64,000 nt of DNA, from assembly GCA_038062895.1 (NCBI GenBank), contig JBBTWJ010000005.1:3715-67714 (forward strand), given 5' to 3'. The position numbers and the translations under genes are program-made. Shown piece after piece: positions 49,790 through 58,147 of the stretch. Under the pieces are notes generated by a model that saw only the letters and a program-made list of their open reading frames with translations, searched no databases and was not told the DNA's origin. The stretch comes from Patescibacteria group bacterium (GTDB taxonomy: Bacteria; Patescibacteriota; Microgenomatia; UBA10105; UBA927). Within the stretch, counting starts at the first letter, position 1. The number at the start of each line of letters is the position of its first letter.

Positions 49790-50503
49790 TCATTTTCCAA
49801 ACCGTCGTTTTCGTTTTTGAAACTCTTCAATCGCCTCATCCAGTTTTTCCGGTGTAAATTCCGGCATAAACCACGTCGGAAAATACAGCTCGCTATACTC
49901 CGACTGCCACGGGAGAAATCCACTTAACCGCTGTTCTCCGCCGGTGCGGATGATAAGCTCGGGATCAGGAATACCATGCGTGTCTAAATACTGATGAAAA
50001 TCTTGTTCGGTCAACTTTAAACTTTTAACTTTAAACTTTAAACTTTCGCGCCATCTGTTGATGGCGCGTAGTATCTCATCTCTCCCACCGTAGTTGAGCG
50101 CAAAGACCGCCGTGATGGTCGTATTATTTTTCGTTTGGTGAGCGACGTCACTCAAGGATTTCTGGATATCAGCCGGAAACTTAGCCAGATCACCGATTGC
50201 GCGGACGCGGACGCCTTTCTCATGAAGACGGGCCCATCGGTTCTTGATCACATGACGGAATATCGTCATGATTCCGCGCACCTCTGGCGCTGCGCGGTTC
50301 CAATTCTCTGTAGAAAATGCCCAAAACGTCATATATTTGACTCCCCGCTTTGCGGCGTGTTCGATGAGGGGCTCAAGCACATCATTGGCCACCCGCCTGT
50401 GTCCTTCGAGAATCGGAAGTCCCCGTTCCTTTGCCCACCGGCGGTTGCCATCCATGATGACGGCGATATGGGTTGGAATATTCGTTGTATTTCCCATAAT
50501 CAT
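49790..50503 (-). CDS. uppS: Isoprenyl transferase (undecaprenyl diphosphate synthase, UppS)
   Basis: HIAVIMDGNRRWA...FSTENW...ELIIRTGGEQRLSGFLPWQ. Contains an in-frame heptamer repeat. Confidence 0.9.
   Translation of the reverse strand: MIMGNTTNIPTHIAVIMDGNRRWAKERGLPILEGHRRVANDVLEPLIEHAAKRGVKYMTFWAFSTENWNRAAPEVRGIMTIFRHVIKNRWARLHEKGVRVRAIGDLAKFPADIQKSLSDVAHQTKNNTTITAVFALNYGGRDEILRAINRWRESLKFKVKSLKLTEQDFHQYLDTHGIPDPELIIRTGGEQRLSGFLPWQSEYSELYFPTWFMPEFTPEKLDEAIEEFQKRKRRFGK
50013..50047. repeat. Heptanucleotide tandem repeat (aacttt[atc] x5) inside uppS CDS
   Basis: aactttaaacttttaactttaaactttaaactttc, translated as ..ESLKFKVKSLKLTE.. Confidence 0.85.
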
Positions 50504-50560
50504 TTTTTGTGTTTCCTACTCTTAATATATTTCTACACTTCTACATAGAAGTGTAGAATA

Positions 50561-51538
50561 TTAAAATAAATGATCTTTAATAAGATGCGCTCCGCGGGAG
50601 GGTTTGTTGACAATGACATCACGAATTTCGTCAATATCAGTTAATTTTGCTTTCAATGCGTCAACAGTGTTTGAATGACAAATAAGGTGAACATCCTGTC
50701 CGGTGTTAATAGTAAAATAGACTTCTATCCCTTCATCTCGCCACTTCTTAATAAGTCTTATAACCTGGAGCGTCCCCGGTGTCCAATAGATGAGTGGTGG
50801 TCTTGAAGTGAGCATCACCGCGTGCATCTCAAGAGCCTCTGCCTCAATAAGTTCTCCAAGGAGAGAAAAACGTTTTTCTGCCAACAGTTTTTTTGCCTGT
50901 ATTAATTTTTTTTTCATCCCTGCCAGACGCACCGGAAAAAAGGGGCTTGATGCAACGCGCGCCATTCCTTGAGTCGTGGGTACGGATTTTTTTCCTTCAT
51001 TAACGACTACCACGACATCAACGATATCCCACCAATCCGGCGGATAAAGGGAAACGCCGTAGGATGTATCACTCGTGTTGCCGTCGATCCACTCCACAAA
51101 CCCATCCGGAATAGATCTGCACGCAGAGCCGGAGCCCTGACGCGCGAGTATCGACAATTCTTTTTCATCAAGTTCTAACCCGGCTGCAGCAACTGCGGCA
51201 ACTGTTAGCGCCGCAAATCCAGAAGCAGAAGAGGATAATCCCGTACCAGAAGGAAAATTATTGACGGTGACGACTTTGGCGTAATCGTCCATACGCGCAA
51301 CCTTGCGAATCCGATCTAAATGCGTAATCGCTCTACTTCCATCAATTGCTTCCTGGATACCGTTAATCTCTATAACGTCCTCCTTATGCATTGGGCTGAA
51401 TTCCACGGTCGTTGTTGTCATCAAACCAGAAAGGTTCATTGATAAACTACCGTTTTCCGGCAAGCGTAATGCGTCATTTTTCTTTCCCCAATACTTGATA
51501 AATGCAATATTTGAGGGAGCAACAGCTGTAGCTTTCAT
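50561..51538 (-). CDS. mvaD: Diphosphomevalonate decarboxylase
   Basis: PSNIAFIKYWGK...GTGLSSSASGFAAL...SGSACRS. Start at the Met MKATAV, with a 4-nt ATGA overlap with the upstream gene. Confidence 0.9.
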   Translation of the reverse strand: MKATAVAPSNIAFIKYWGKKNDALRLPENGSLSMNLSGLMTTTTVEFSPMHKEDVIEINGIQEAIDGSRAITHLDRIRKVARMDDYAKVVTVNNFPSGTGLSSSASGFAALTVAAVAAAGLELDEKELSILARQGSGSACRSIPDGFVEWIDGNTSDTSYGVSLYPPDWWDIVDVVVVVNEGKKSVPTTQGMARVASSPFFPVRLAGMKKKLIQAKKLLAEKRFSLLGELIEAEALEMHAVMLTSRPPLIYWTPGTLQVIRLIKKWRDEGIEVYFTINTGQDVHLICHSNTVDALKAKLTDIDEIRDVIVNKPSRGAHLIKDHLF

Positions 51539-52983
51539 GATAAAATTCCTGCTTTTTTGAGCGAAACTTCTGCACATCTCGTAAGCACAATTTCCTTCGT
51601 TGCCACTTTAAATGGTATCTCCCGGGGAGAAAAAAATTCCACACGATCTACTTCCTCATGATTTATCCGAAACGGGCCATTGGATACCCCTCTATATAGC
51701 GCTGCCATTTCCGACTCCTGGTTATCTTGTACGACAAACCTGGAAAGCGGGGTAACTGGCATATCGACTCCCAGTTCTTCCTGAAGCTCGCGGTGAAGCG
51801 TCTCTTCGTACTCCTGACCTTTCCGCACATGGCCCGCGCAGGATATACCCCAAAGTCCCGCGCCCGTATCTTTAGAACTGCTCCTTTTTTGGAGAAGCAC
51901 ATTCCCTTTTTTATCAAAAATAACGGCTCCTACCGTGCGATGGATAAGTGACTTGTCATGATGGCAGTCATAGCGGCTGCGAAACCCAAGCACTCTGTCA
52001 TCTTTATCGACGACGATAAATTCTTCTTTCTGGTCATCGGTTGTCTCGATGCGGACACCTTGAGCGTTTGGGTGGACATCAATCGCTTCACCACCCGCAT
52101 CCGCTATCGCTTTTTGTATGGCTTCTCTCTTATCGCTCGGCCCAAGGGCGATCATACAATCTCCGCCCCCTGCACCGGAGAGCTTGGCGCCCCAAGCTCC
52201 TGCCTTTTTTGCCGCACTAATCATCGCTTCTAACTTTTCGCTGCTCACTCCCAAATCCCGCAGGTACTCATGATTAAAATCCATGAGTCTCCCCACCCGT
52301 TCCCAATCCCCTTCCAACATCCGCATTTTCGCTTCCTCAACCAATTTGGTTATCGCCTGAAAAATCCGCTCCACTTTCTCCGGATTCTTTTCCTTCTTTT
52401 CGGCCACTTGTTTTATAAGCATCGTCGTATCCGCTTTCACTCCCGTGTATCCAACAATGAGTGGCATTTCTGATACAGTTTGATCGTTTGATTCCCGGTA
52501 TTGAGCGTGGATTTCTTCAATAACTTTGCCGCCGGCAATGAAATAGAGGGTTCCCCCATACACGGCCGCTGCCACATCAAATCCGCTCCCCATCCCCTGC
52601 ACGGCTAACACCGTTTTATATGAAAGGTCAAAAAGCTCGCGCGACGTCACTTCTTTTTTGAAAAGCAAGGCAAGCGCCTTTACTACCCCCACCGTTACCG
52701 AGGCAGATGATCCGAAACCATATTTGCCCGAAAAGTTACTTTGTGTTTTGATCCGGAACCCAACCGATGGAATACCCCACCCTTTTTGTGCCTGCCGGAC
52801 CGCTTCATCCACAAAGCGGGTATCACCCGCTTGGGGCGCATCTACCACGACCTTACTTTCCTCAATTTTTTCCACTCCAACCGTAAGCCGCTCATCAATC
52901 GCGGTAACCAAAGAAGGATAGCCGTACACGACGGCGTGTTCACCCATTACCATTAATTTCCCTGGCGCGGAAATTAAAACCAT
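51535..52983 (-). CDS. Fusion protein: GHMP kinase (mevalonate/phosphomevalonate kinase-like) + isopentenyl-diphosphate isomerase type 1 (Nudix)
   Basis: N-terminus APGKLMVMGEHAVVYG..GFGSSAS (GHMP). The C-terminal ~160 aa has HRTVGAVIFDKKGNVLLQKRSSSKDTGAGLWGISCAGH...ELQEELGV, the IDI-1 pattern. Confidence 0.85.
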   Translation of the reverse strand: MVLISAPGKLMVMGEHAVVYGYPSLVTAIDERLTVGVEKIEESKVVVDAPQAGDTRFVDEAVRQAQKGWGIPSVGFRIKTQSNFSGKYGFGSSASVTVGVVKALALLFKKEVTSRELFDLSYKTVLAVQGMGSGFDVAAAVYGGTLYFIAGGKVIEEIHAQYRESNDQTVSEMPLIVGYTGVKADTTMLIKQVAEKKEKNPEKVERIFQAITKLVEEAKMRMLEGDWERVGRLMDFNHEYLRDLGVSSEKLEAMISAAKKAGAWGAKLSGAGGGDCMIALGPSDKREAIQKAIADAGGEAIDVHPNAQGVRIETTDDQKEEFIVVDKDDRVLGFRSRYDCHHDKSLIHRTVGAVIFDKKGNVLLQKRSSSKDTGAGLWGISCAGHVRKGQEYEETLHRELQEELGVDMPVTPLSRFVVQDNQESEMAALYRGVSNGPFRINHEEVDRVEFFSPREIPFKVATKEIVLTRCAEVSLKKAGILS

Positions 52984-53059
52984 AAATTGTTATTGGTTAG
53001 TTAGTTAATTAGTTACTTAGCTATAATTTATCTAACTAACAAAGTAACGAAATAACGAA
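52984..53059. repeat. Intergenic inverted-repeat spacer (module gttagttag/gttacttag/taactaac)
   Basis: ttggttagttagttaattagttacttagctataatttatctaactaacaaagtaacgaaataacgaactaac. Confidence 0.7.
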
Positions 53060-54031
53060 CTAACTTTTCTTCTCCAACCGTATCCCTTCTTCTCCTAATC
53101 TGATCGGTTGAATGGAAAATCCATATGGCTTGCTTATGGCAGATATCTTATCCGGGTCTTGGGTATAGCATAATAAAAATCCCACACCCTCCGCTTTTCC
53201 GCCGCCACCGAGGATCTTCGCTGCACCTCCGGCCTTTTCAATTTTCCTGATGAGCGGAATGACTTTCCTGCTTACCACTTCCATTCCCTCCAAGCTTCGC
53301 TGTCCGGCGGTCATTGCATCCATCAATTCTTTCTCATCCCCCTCCTTGATCGCCACCGCGATATTTCGAGTTTGTATTTCATTCTCATCAAATAATCTAT
53401 TCATTCTTGACGCCTGACGCCTGACGCCTGACGCTACCAAAGAAATCATCTCCCCTGTCGTCTCCTTCGGTTTCCCGGTATTGATGAGAAAAAAATGATT
53501 GAGACTTTCGGGTATCTTGAATGGCAACTGCCAGATGCTTTTGAGAAATTCAAGTTCCTTCCGAAACCAAATAAGTCCGCCCATGGTCACCGTCGTATTA
53601 TCTCCGCCGGAAGGATTCCCGTGCATTTTTTTCTCGACTTCATAGGCAATCTGGTTAATCGCAGCCGGATTCCAAACTTTTTTAAGATAATAGGTTAGGG
53701 CTCCGACGACTCCAACGGCTACTGCGGCCGATGAGCCCAAATGATAACCGGCAGGAATATCGGAAACAACCGTAATCTTCATCGGTGGAAGATTTGCAAG
53801 TTTATACTCCCGCTTGACCACCTCAACTACATGACGGATATAGTCGGACGGCTCACTGGAGTCGATAAGTATTTTTTCTCTGGATCCCCGCGTTCGCGGG
53901 GATGACAAAGAAAGCGACTCGACAGTCACACGCAAACGGAGGTTGATGGCGGCAAGAAGCGCGGGCTTACCATAAACAACCGCGTGTTCGCCCATTAAAT
54001 GCACTTTACCGGGAACGCTTACTGTAACCAT
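53060..54031 (-). CDS. mvk: Mevalonate kinase (GHMP kinase)
   Basis: VPGKVHLMGEHAVVYGKPALLAAI...GYHLGSSAAVAVG...KILGGGG. Contains a translated palindromic element and a heptamer repeat. Confidence 0.85.
   Translation of the reverse strand: MVTVSVPGKVHLMGEHAVVYGKPALLAAINLRLRVTVESLSLSSPRTRGSREKILIDSSEPSDYIRHVVEVVKREYKLANLPPMKITVVSDIPAGYHLGSSAAVAVGVVGALTYYLKKVWNPAAINQIAYEVEKKMHGNPSGGDNTTVTMGGLIWFRKELEFLKSIWQLPFKIPESLNHFFLINTGKPKETTGEMISLVASGVRRQASRMNRLFDENEIQTRNIAVAIKEGDEKELMDAMTAGQRSLEGMEVVSRKVIPLIRKIEKAGGAAKILGGGGKAEGVGFLLCYTQDPDKISAISKPYGFSIQPIRLGEEGIRLEKKS
53399..53428. repeat. Heptanucleotide tandem repeat ([ct]tgacgc x4) inside mvk CDS
   Basis: ttgacgcctgacgcctgacgcctgacgc, translated as ASGVRRQASR. 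Confidence 0.8.
53878..53908. repeat. Palindromic element family A' inserted in-frame in mvk (translated LSSPRTRGSRE)
   Basis: ctctggatccccgcgttcgcggggatgacaa, with arms GGATCCCCGCG/CGCGGGGATC. Confidence 0.8.
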
Positions 54032-54116
54032 AAATAGTTAGTTAGCAACGCTAGTTACTTCGTTACTTAGAAAAAATTTCTACCAAGTAACTAAATAACG
54101 CGCGTTGCTCGTGTTG
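54032..54116. repeat. Intergenic inverted-repeat spacer; left arm is the reverse complement of a segment in 54432..54508
   Basis: agttagcaacgctagttacttcgttacttag ... ctaagtaac...gttgctaac. Confidence 0.7.
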
Positions 54117-54431
54117 CTAACACGGTTTCACTTTTATCCCATACGGAATCACGCCCTCATTGTTTGGCTTAATGGTGCGGCGGACAACAGTAATAACCTT
54201 CATTCCCATAAGCTTTTCCTTCCCAGCCTGTCCGCCGGCTGGCGGATCTACAAGTTGTGCGGTTATTCTTTCTCCCCCACTAAGCTCGACAAGGACCACG
54301 GGATACGGAGCCTGATCGGAAAAATCAGCCGGAGGAACACGCACCATGGTCCACGAGATTATTTTCCCGATTTTCCCGAGCATTTTACCAACGTTCTTTT
54401 GATTTCTCCAAAGCTTGACCGGACTAAGCAT
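54117..54431 (-). CDS. DUF35 OB-fold/Zn-ribbon protein (thiolase/HMG-CoA synthase scaffold, archaeal type)
   Basis: 104 aa (...WTMVRVPPADFSDQAPYPVVLVELSGGERITAQLVD...) sitting between the thiolase and kinase genes. Confidence 0.7.
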   Translation of the reverse strand: MLSPVKLWRNQKNVGKMLGKIGKIISWTMVRVPPADFSDQAPYPVVLVELSGGERITAQLVDPPAGGQAGKEKLMGMKVITVVRRTIKPNNEGVIPYGIKVKPC

Positions 54432-54508
54432 AATTGTTACTTGGTTAGTTGGTTACTTAGTTATTAGTAAAAAATTTTTCTAAGTAACGAAGTAACTAGC
54501 GTTGCTAA
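54432..54508. repeat. Intergenic inverted-repeat spacer
   Basis: ttacttggttagttggttacttagttattag...ctaagtaacgaagtaactagcgttgctaactaac. Confidence 0.7.
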
Positions 54509-55663
54509 CTAACTTTTAAGTATATGAGCCACCGCGGTCGCTCCGCTTCCTCCGACGTTATGGGCAAGTCCCACGCGCGCGCCTTTCACTTGTCTGGCTC
54601 CTGCCACCCCCCGAAGTTGCGTCACCAATTCAACAACCTGCTTGACGCCCGTCGCGCCAATCGGATGACCACAGCCTTTCAGTCCCCCAGACGGATTGAC
54701 GACTAATTTTTTCGCTTTCCCCAGCGTCACTTCTCCCCGTGATATCGCTCGAGCTGCCATTCCCTTGCGATAAAATCCTATATCTTCCAGAGCTAAAATT
54801 TCTGCAATCGTAAAACAATCATGCACCTCGGCGATATCAATATCGCGAGGCCCGACGCCGGCAATCGCATAAGCGCGACGCGCAGCTTCTTGAGAAGCCG
54901 CAAGCTCGGTCAAGCTCTCTCTTTGGGCAAGTCCCAATGTGTCTGTTGCCACTGCGCTTGCGACAATTTCAATCTCCTTTTCCCTTTTTCCGTTTACCTT
55001 TTTCCTTGAAAGTATGAGTGCTGCTGCTCCGTCTGAAATCGGTGAGCAATCTAATAACTTCAGGGGGTCGGCGACAGCGTGGCTTCTTAGAACCTGCTCG
55101 ATGGTGAGAAGACTTCGAAATTGTGCGTTAGGGTTTAAACTCGCATGAAAATGATTTTTTACGGCAACTGCCGCCAGATCTTCTTGGGTCGTCCCATACT
55201 CCTGCATATGAATACGGGCAAGAATGGCGTAGAGCCCCGGAAACGTACAACCAGATGAACGCTCTTGAGCAGTCCCCGCGCCCATGAGCGCTGTCGCCAC
55301 ATCTTCTGGCTTGTGATCCGTCATCTTTTCGACCCCAAGTACGGCAACCGTCTCATACTGACCGGAGGCGATGGCGTTAAATGCGTTGTGAATAGCCAGG
55401 CCTCCCGACGCGCACGCGCCTTCAACCTTAAAAGCAGCAGCGTGAGTAAATCCCAGTTCCTCTGCAAAAAATGCCCCCAAATGCTCCTGTCCACCCAACA
55501 TGCCGGAGAGCATATTGCCTACGAATAACGCCTGAATGTCCCGCGGCTTCATAGCAGCATCTTTCAGCGCGCCGTCCATGGCCTCATGGGCGAGCGTCCT
55601 GGGAGAGACGCTCCAAAGCTCACCGAATTTAGTTGTAGAAGCACCGATGATAGATACATTCAT
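54509..55663 (-). CDS. Acetyl-CoA C-acetyltransferase (archaeal-type thiolase)
   Basis: MNVSIIGASTTKFGEL...ACASGGLAI.., a thiolase fold without the bacterial PhaA-type N-terminus. Confidence 0.9.
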   Translation of the reverse strand: MNVSIIGASTTKFGELWSVSPRTLAHEAMDGALKDAAMKPRDIQALFVGNMLSGMLGGQEHLGAFFAEELGFTHAAAFKVEGACASGGLAIHNAFNAIASGQYETVAVLGVEKMTDHKPEDVATALMGAGTAQERSSGCTFPGLYAILARIHMQEYGTTQEDLAAVAVKNHFHASLNPNAQFRSLLTIEQVLRSHAVADPLKLLDCSPISDGAAALILSRKKVNGKREKEIEIVASAVATDTLGLAQRESLTELAASQEAARRAYAIAGVGPRDIDIAEVHDCFTIAEILALEDIGFYRKGMAARAISRGEVTLGKAKKLVVNPSGGLKGCGHPIGATGVKQVVELVTQLRGVAGARQVKGARVGLAHNVGGSGATAVAHILKS

Positions 55664-55758
55664 AGTTGCTTGGTTAGTTGGTTACTTGGTTACTTAGAAA
55701 GAACTAAGTTGCTAAGTAACAGGTGTTGCTAACTAACAATCTAGCGAATTACCATTCG
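55664..55758. repeat. Intergenic inverted-repeat spacer
   Basis: ttgcttggttagttggttacttggttacttag...ctaagttgctaagtaacaggtgttgctaactaac, followed by a second palindrome ctagcgaattaccattcgctag. Confidence 0.7.
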
Positions 55759-56862
55759 CTAGATTTTGTGTGTCTGTTTCAAATATTGCACGTAATCAAT
55801 GTACGTTTTTTTCGCTATTTGCTGCTGCACTAAACTTTGACTTTTGACTTTTGACTTTTGACTTTTGACGAGCGCTTCTGTCGTCTCCCACACAAACCCG
55901 TCGCTGCCGGCTCCCGATCCGTAGGACACCATAAAAATCTTCTCTCCGGGTTTGGCGATATCCAATACCGCGGCAAGCCCCATCATGGTAGAAGCTGAAT
56001 AGGGATTTCCAATGGTGTCCACGACAAGTGAGGGCAGTATCTGATCAGGCGTAAACCCTAAGCGCTTCGCTGCGTCCCGGGGAAATCTCCCGTTGGGCAT
56101 ATGAAAAACACAATAGTCAATATCAGAAGGTTTACACTGAACCTTTTCAAAAAGGCGACGTGCGGCCCCTATAACATGCGCAAAATATGCCGGCTCTCCG
56201 GTGAACCTCCCTGCATGAGATGGATAGGCCACACCATCACGTCGCCAAAAGTCCGGCGTGTCCGAAGAATAGGAAGTGTAGGCAAGAAGTTTTGCAACGA
56301 TAGGTTTAGTTGTTCCTTGGGGATCAATTTTCTTGCGGCCGCTTTTGTTTTGATCCTCATCTCCTTTTCCCATTAAAAACGCGGCTCCGGCGGCGGCGGA
56401 CGTGTATTCCAACACGTCGTGGGGTTTGCTTTGGGCCGTATCAGCACCCACGGCCATACCATAGCGCATATGACCGGATCCCACGAGCCCTGCGATTGCC
56501 TGCATCCCCGCGGTCCCCGCTTTACAGGCAAACTCAAAATCTGCCGCCAGATAATTATTTCCTACGCCAAGAAGTTCTCCGACAATCGTGGACGTTGGAT
56601 TAACCGCATACGGATGACTTTCTGATCCCACAAATAGAGCTTCTATAGACTGGGGACTTAGCCCCTCTACTCCGCTCAAGGCGCTTCGGGCGGCTTCAAG
56701 GGCTATCGTCACTGCGTCCTCGTCTGGAGCCTGTACGGATTTTTCCGTAACGAGAAGCGATGAAGTGACGTCCTGTCCGTCCTTTTTCCACGCAGCAGCG
56801 ATATCGCTTAGACGGATGCGGTACTGCGGAATATAGGTGCCGTATGAAACAATTCCTACCAT
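55759..56862 (-). CDS. mvaS: Hydroxymethylglutaryl-CoA synthase (archaeal type)
   Basis: MVGIVSYGTYIPQYRI...AGTAGMQA (catalytic Cys region). A heptamer repeat lies near the C-terminus. Confidence 0.9.
   Translation of the reverse strand: MVGIVSYGTYIPQYRIRLSDIAAAWKKDGQDVTSSLLVTEKSVQAPDEDAVTIALEAARSALSGVEGLSPQSIEALFVGSESHPYAVNPTSTIVGELLGVGNNYLAADFEFACKAGTAGMQAIAGLVGSGHMRYGMAVGADTAQSKPHDVLEYTSAAAGAAFLMGKGDEDQNKSGRKKIDPQGTTKPIVAKLLAYTSYSSDTPDFWRRDGVAYPSHAGRFTGEPAYFAHVIGAARRLFEKVQCKPSDIDYCVFHMPNGRFPRDAAKRLGFTPDQILPSLVVDTIGNPYSASTMMGLAAVLDIAKPGEKIFMVSYGSGAGSDGFVWETTEALVKSQKSKVKSQSLVQQQIAKKTYIDYVQYLKQTHKI
55834..55868. repeat. Heptanucleotide tandem repeat ([ct]tttgac x5) inside HMG-CoA synthase CDS
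   Basis: ctttgacttttgacttttgacttttgacttttgac, translated as KSQKSKVKSQS. Confidence 0.85.
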
Positions 56863-56983
56863 ATATTTAAATCCAAAATCCTAATTTCTAAATTCTAAAC
56901 AATATCAAAATTCAAATATCCAATGCTCTAAACTGTTTTGTATTTTGAATTTTGGTCATTTGAATTTATTTTGAATTTAGGAT

Positions 56984-58147
56984 TTAGTGCTTAGAGCTTC
57001 CGCGCGCAAGACGTTGATGCGCGCGGGCTAAGGTTCCCTCCGACAACGACGCAAGAAGTGAAATTTCACCAGCGAGTACGGCGGCTGCAATAATCTCCGC
57101 AAGCCGTTGAGCGTTTTTCCCATTATCCCCACCGGCAACGCCAAGAATGTTCAAGGCTTCTTTTTGTGTCCCAAGCCCTGTCCCGCCACCAACCGTCCCG
57201 ACCATAAGATCCGGGAGACATACATTGATATATACATCGTGACCATCAACTACTTCCATCGTCGTTATCCCCACGCTACACTCTCCCACGTGTCCGAGGT
57301 CTTGCCCTGTCGCCAAAAACATCGCCGCGATAACGTTGGCGTATTGGGCGTTAAATCCCATGGATCCGCTTATCGCGCTTCCGATCATACATTTAGCGAG
57401 CCATACTTCATAAACCTTTTGTGCCGTTGTTTTAAGAACATTTTTAAGAACACTCGCAGGAATAGTCACTTCTGCCCACACCTTGATCCCGCGATTTTCT
57501 ATGAAGTTAAGCCACGCGGATTTTTTGTCTATGTCAAAATTCCCGGCAAGTGAAAGGCATTTCACCCCGGTTTCCTCTTCGATATATGAGGCAAGAGCGT
57601 CGCTTGCTATTGTTGCCATGTTCATGCCCATAGCATCCTCGGTGTCAAACGTAAATCGCACAAACCGATATCTCCCAACCCCACGGGTCAACAACTTCTT
57701 TAACGTTATATGACGTGATGTTTTGGCGGCTACCTCCTGTAGATCATTCAAGTGCTCATTCAAAAATTTATATAAACGGTCGCTCTGTGCAAGATCTTTC
57801 ACTTTAAATACCGGACCCCGTGTCGCTCCCACCCGATGACTATCAACCGTCGACCCACCGCTTTCGGTGATCGCTTTACACCCCCGGCTCACGGAAGCGA
57901 CGAGAGCGCCTTCGGTCGTGGCGAGGGGAATATACCCACTGAAAACTTTAAACTTTAAACTTTTAACTTTGAGGGGGCCGGCGATACCTAGTGGGACTTG
58001 TGCCGCTCCGACCATGTTTTCGCAGTTTTTCGTTGATGCAACGGACTGGTCCAGAGTAAAGCTGCCGATGTTGATTAAATCAACCTTCAACTGTTTCTCC
58101 AGGGCGCTTCTGCGGTCCGTAACTGTTTTGTAATCACGAAGATTCAT
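56984..58147 (-). CDS. mvaA: HMG-CoA reductase
   Basis: ENMVGAAQVPLGIAGPL...ATTEGALVAS...DAMGMNM...GTVGGGT. Start at the Met MNLRDYK (ATGA overlap with the upstream Yip1 gene). Confidence 0.9.
   Translation of the reverse strand: MNLRDYKTVTDRRSALEKQLKVDLINIGSFTLDQSVASTKNCENMVGAAQVPLGIAGPLKVKSLKFKVFSGYIPLATTEGALVASVSRGCKAITESGGSTVDSHRVGATRGPVFKVKDLAQSDRLYKFLNEHLNDLQEVAAKTSRHITLKKLLTRGVGRYRFVRFTFDTEDAMGMNMATIASDALASYIEEETGVKCLSLAGNFDIDKKSAWLNFIENRGIKVWAEVTIPASVLKNVLKTTAQKVYEVWLAKCMIGSAISGSMGFNAQYANVIAAMFLATGQDLGHVGECSVGITTMEVVDGHDVYINVCLPDLMVGTVGGGTGLGTQKEALNILGVAGGDNGKNAQRLAEIIAAAVLAGEISLLASLSEGTLARAHQRLARGSSKH
57943..57970. repeat. Heptanucleotide tandem repeat (aacttt[atg] x4) inside HMG-CoA reductase CDS
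   Basis: aactttaaactttaaacttttaactttg, translated as LKVKSLKFKV between GPL and ATTEG. Confidence 0.85.
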
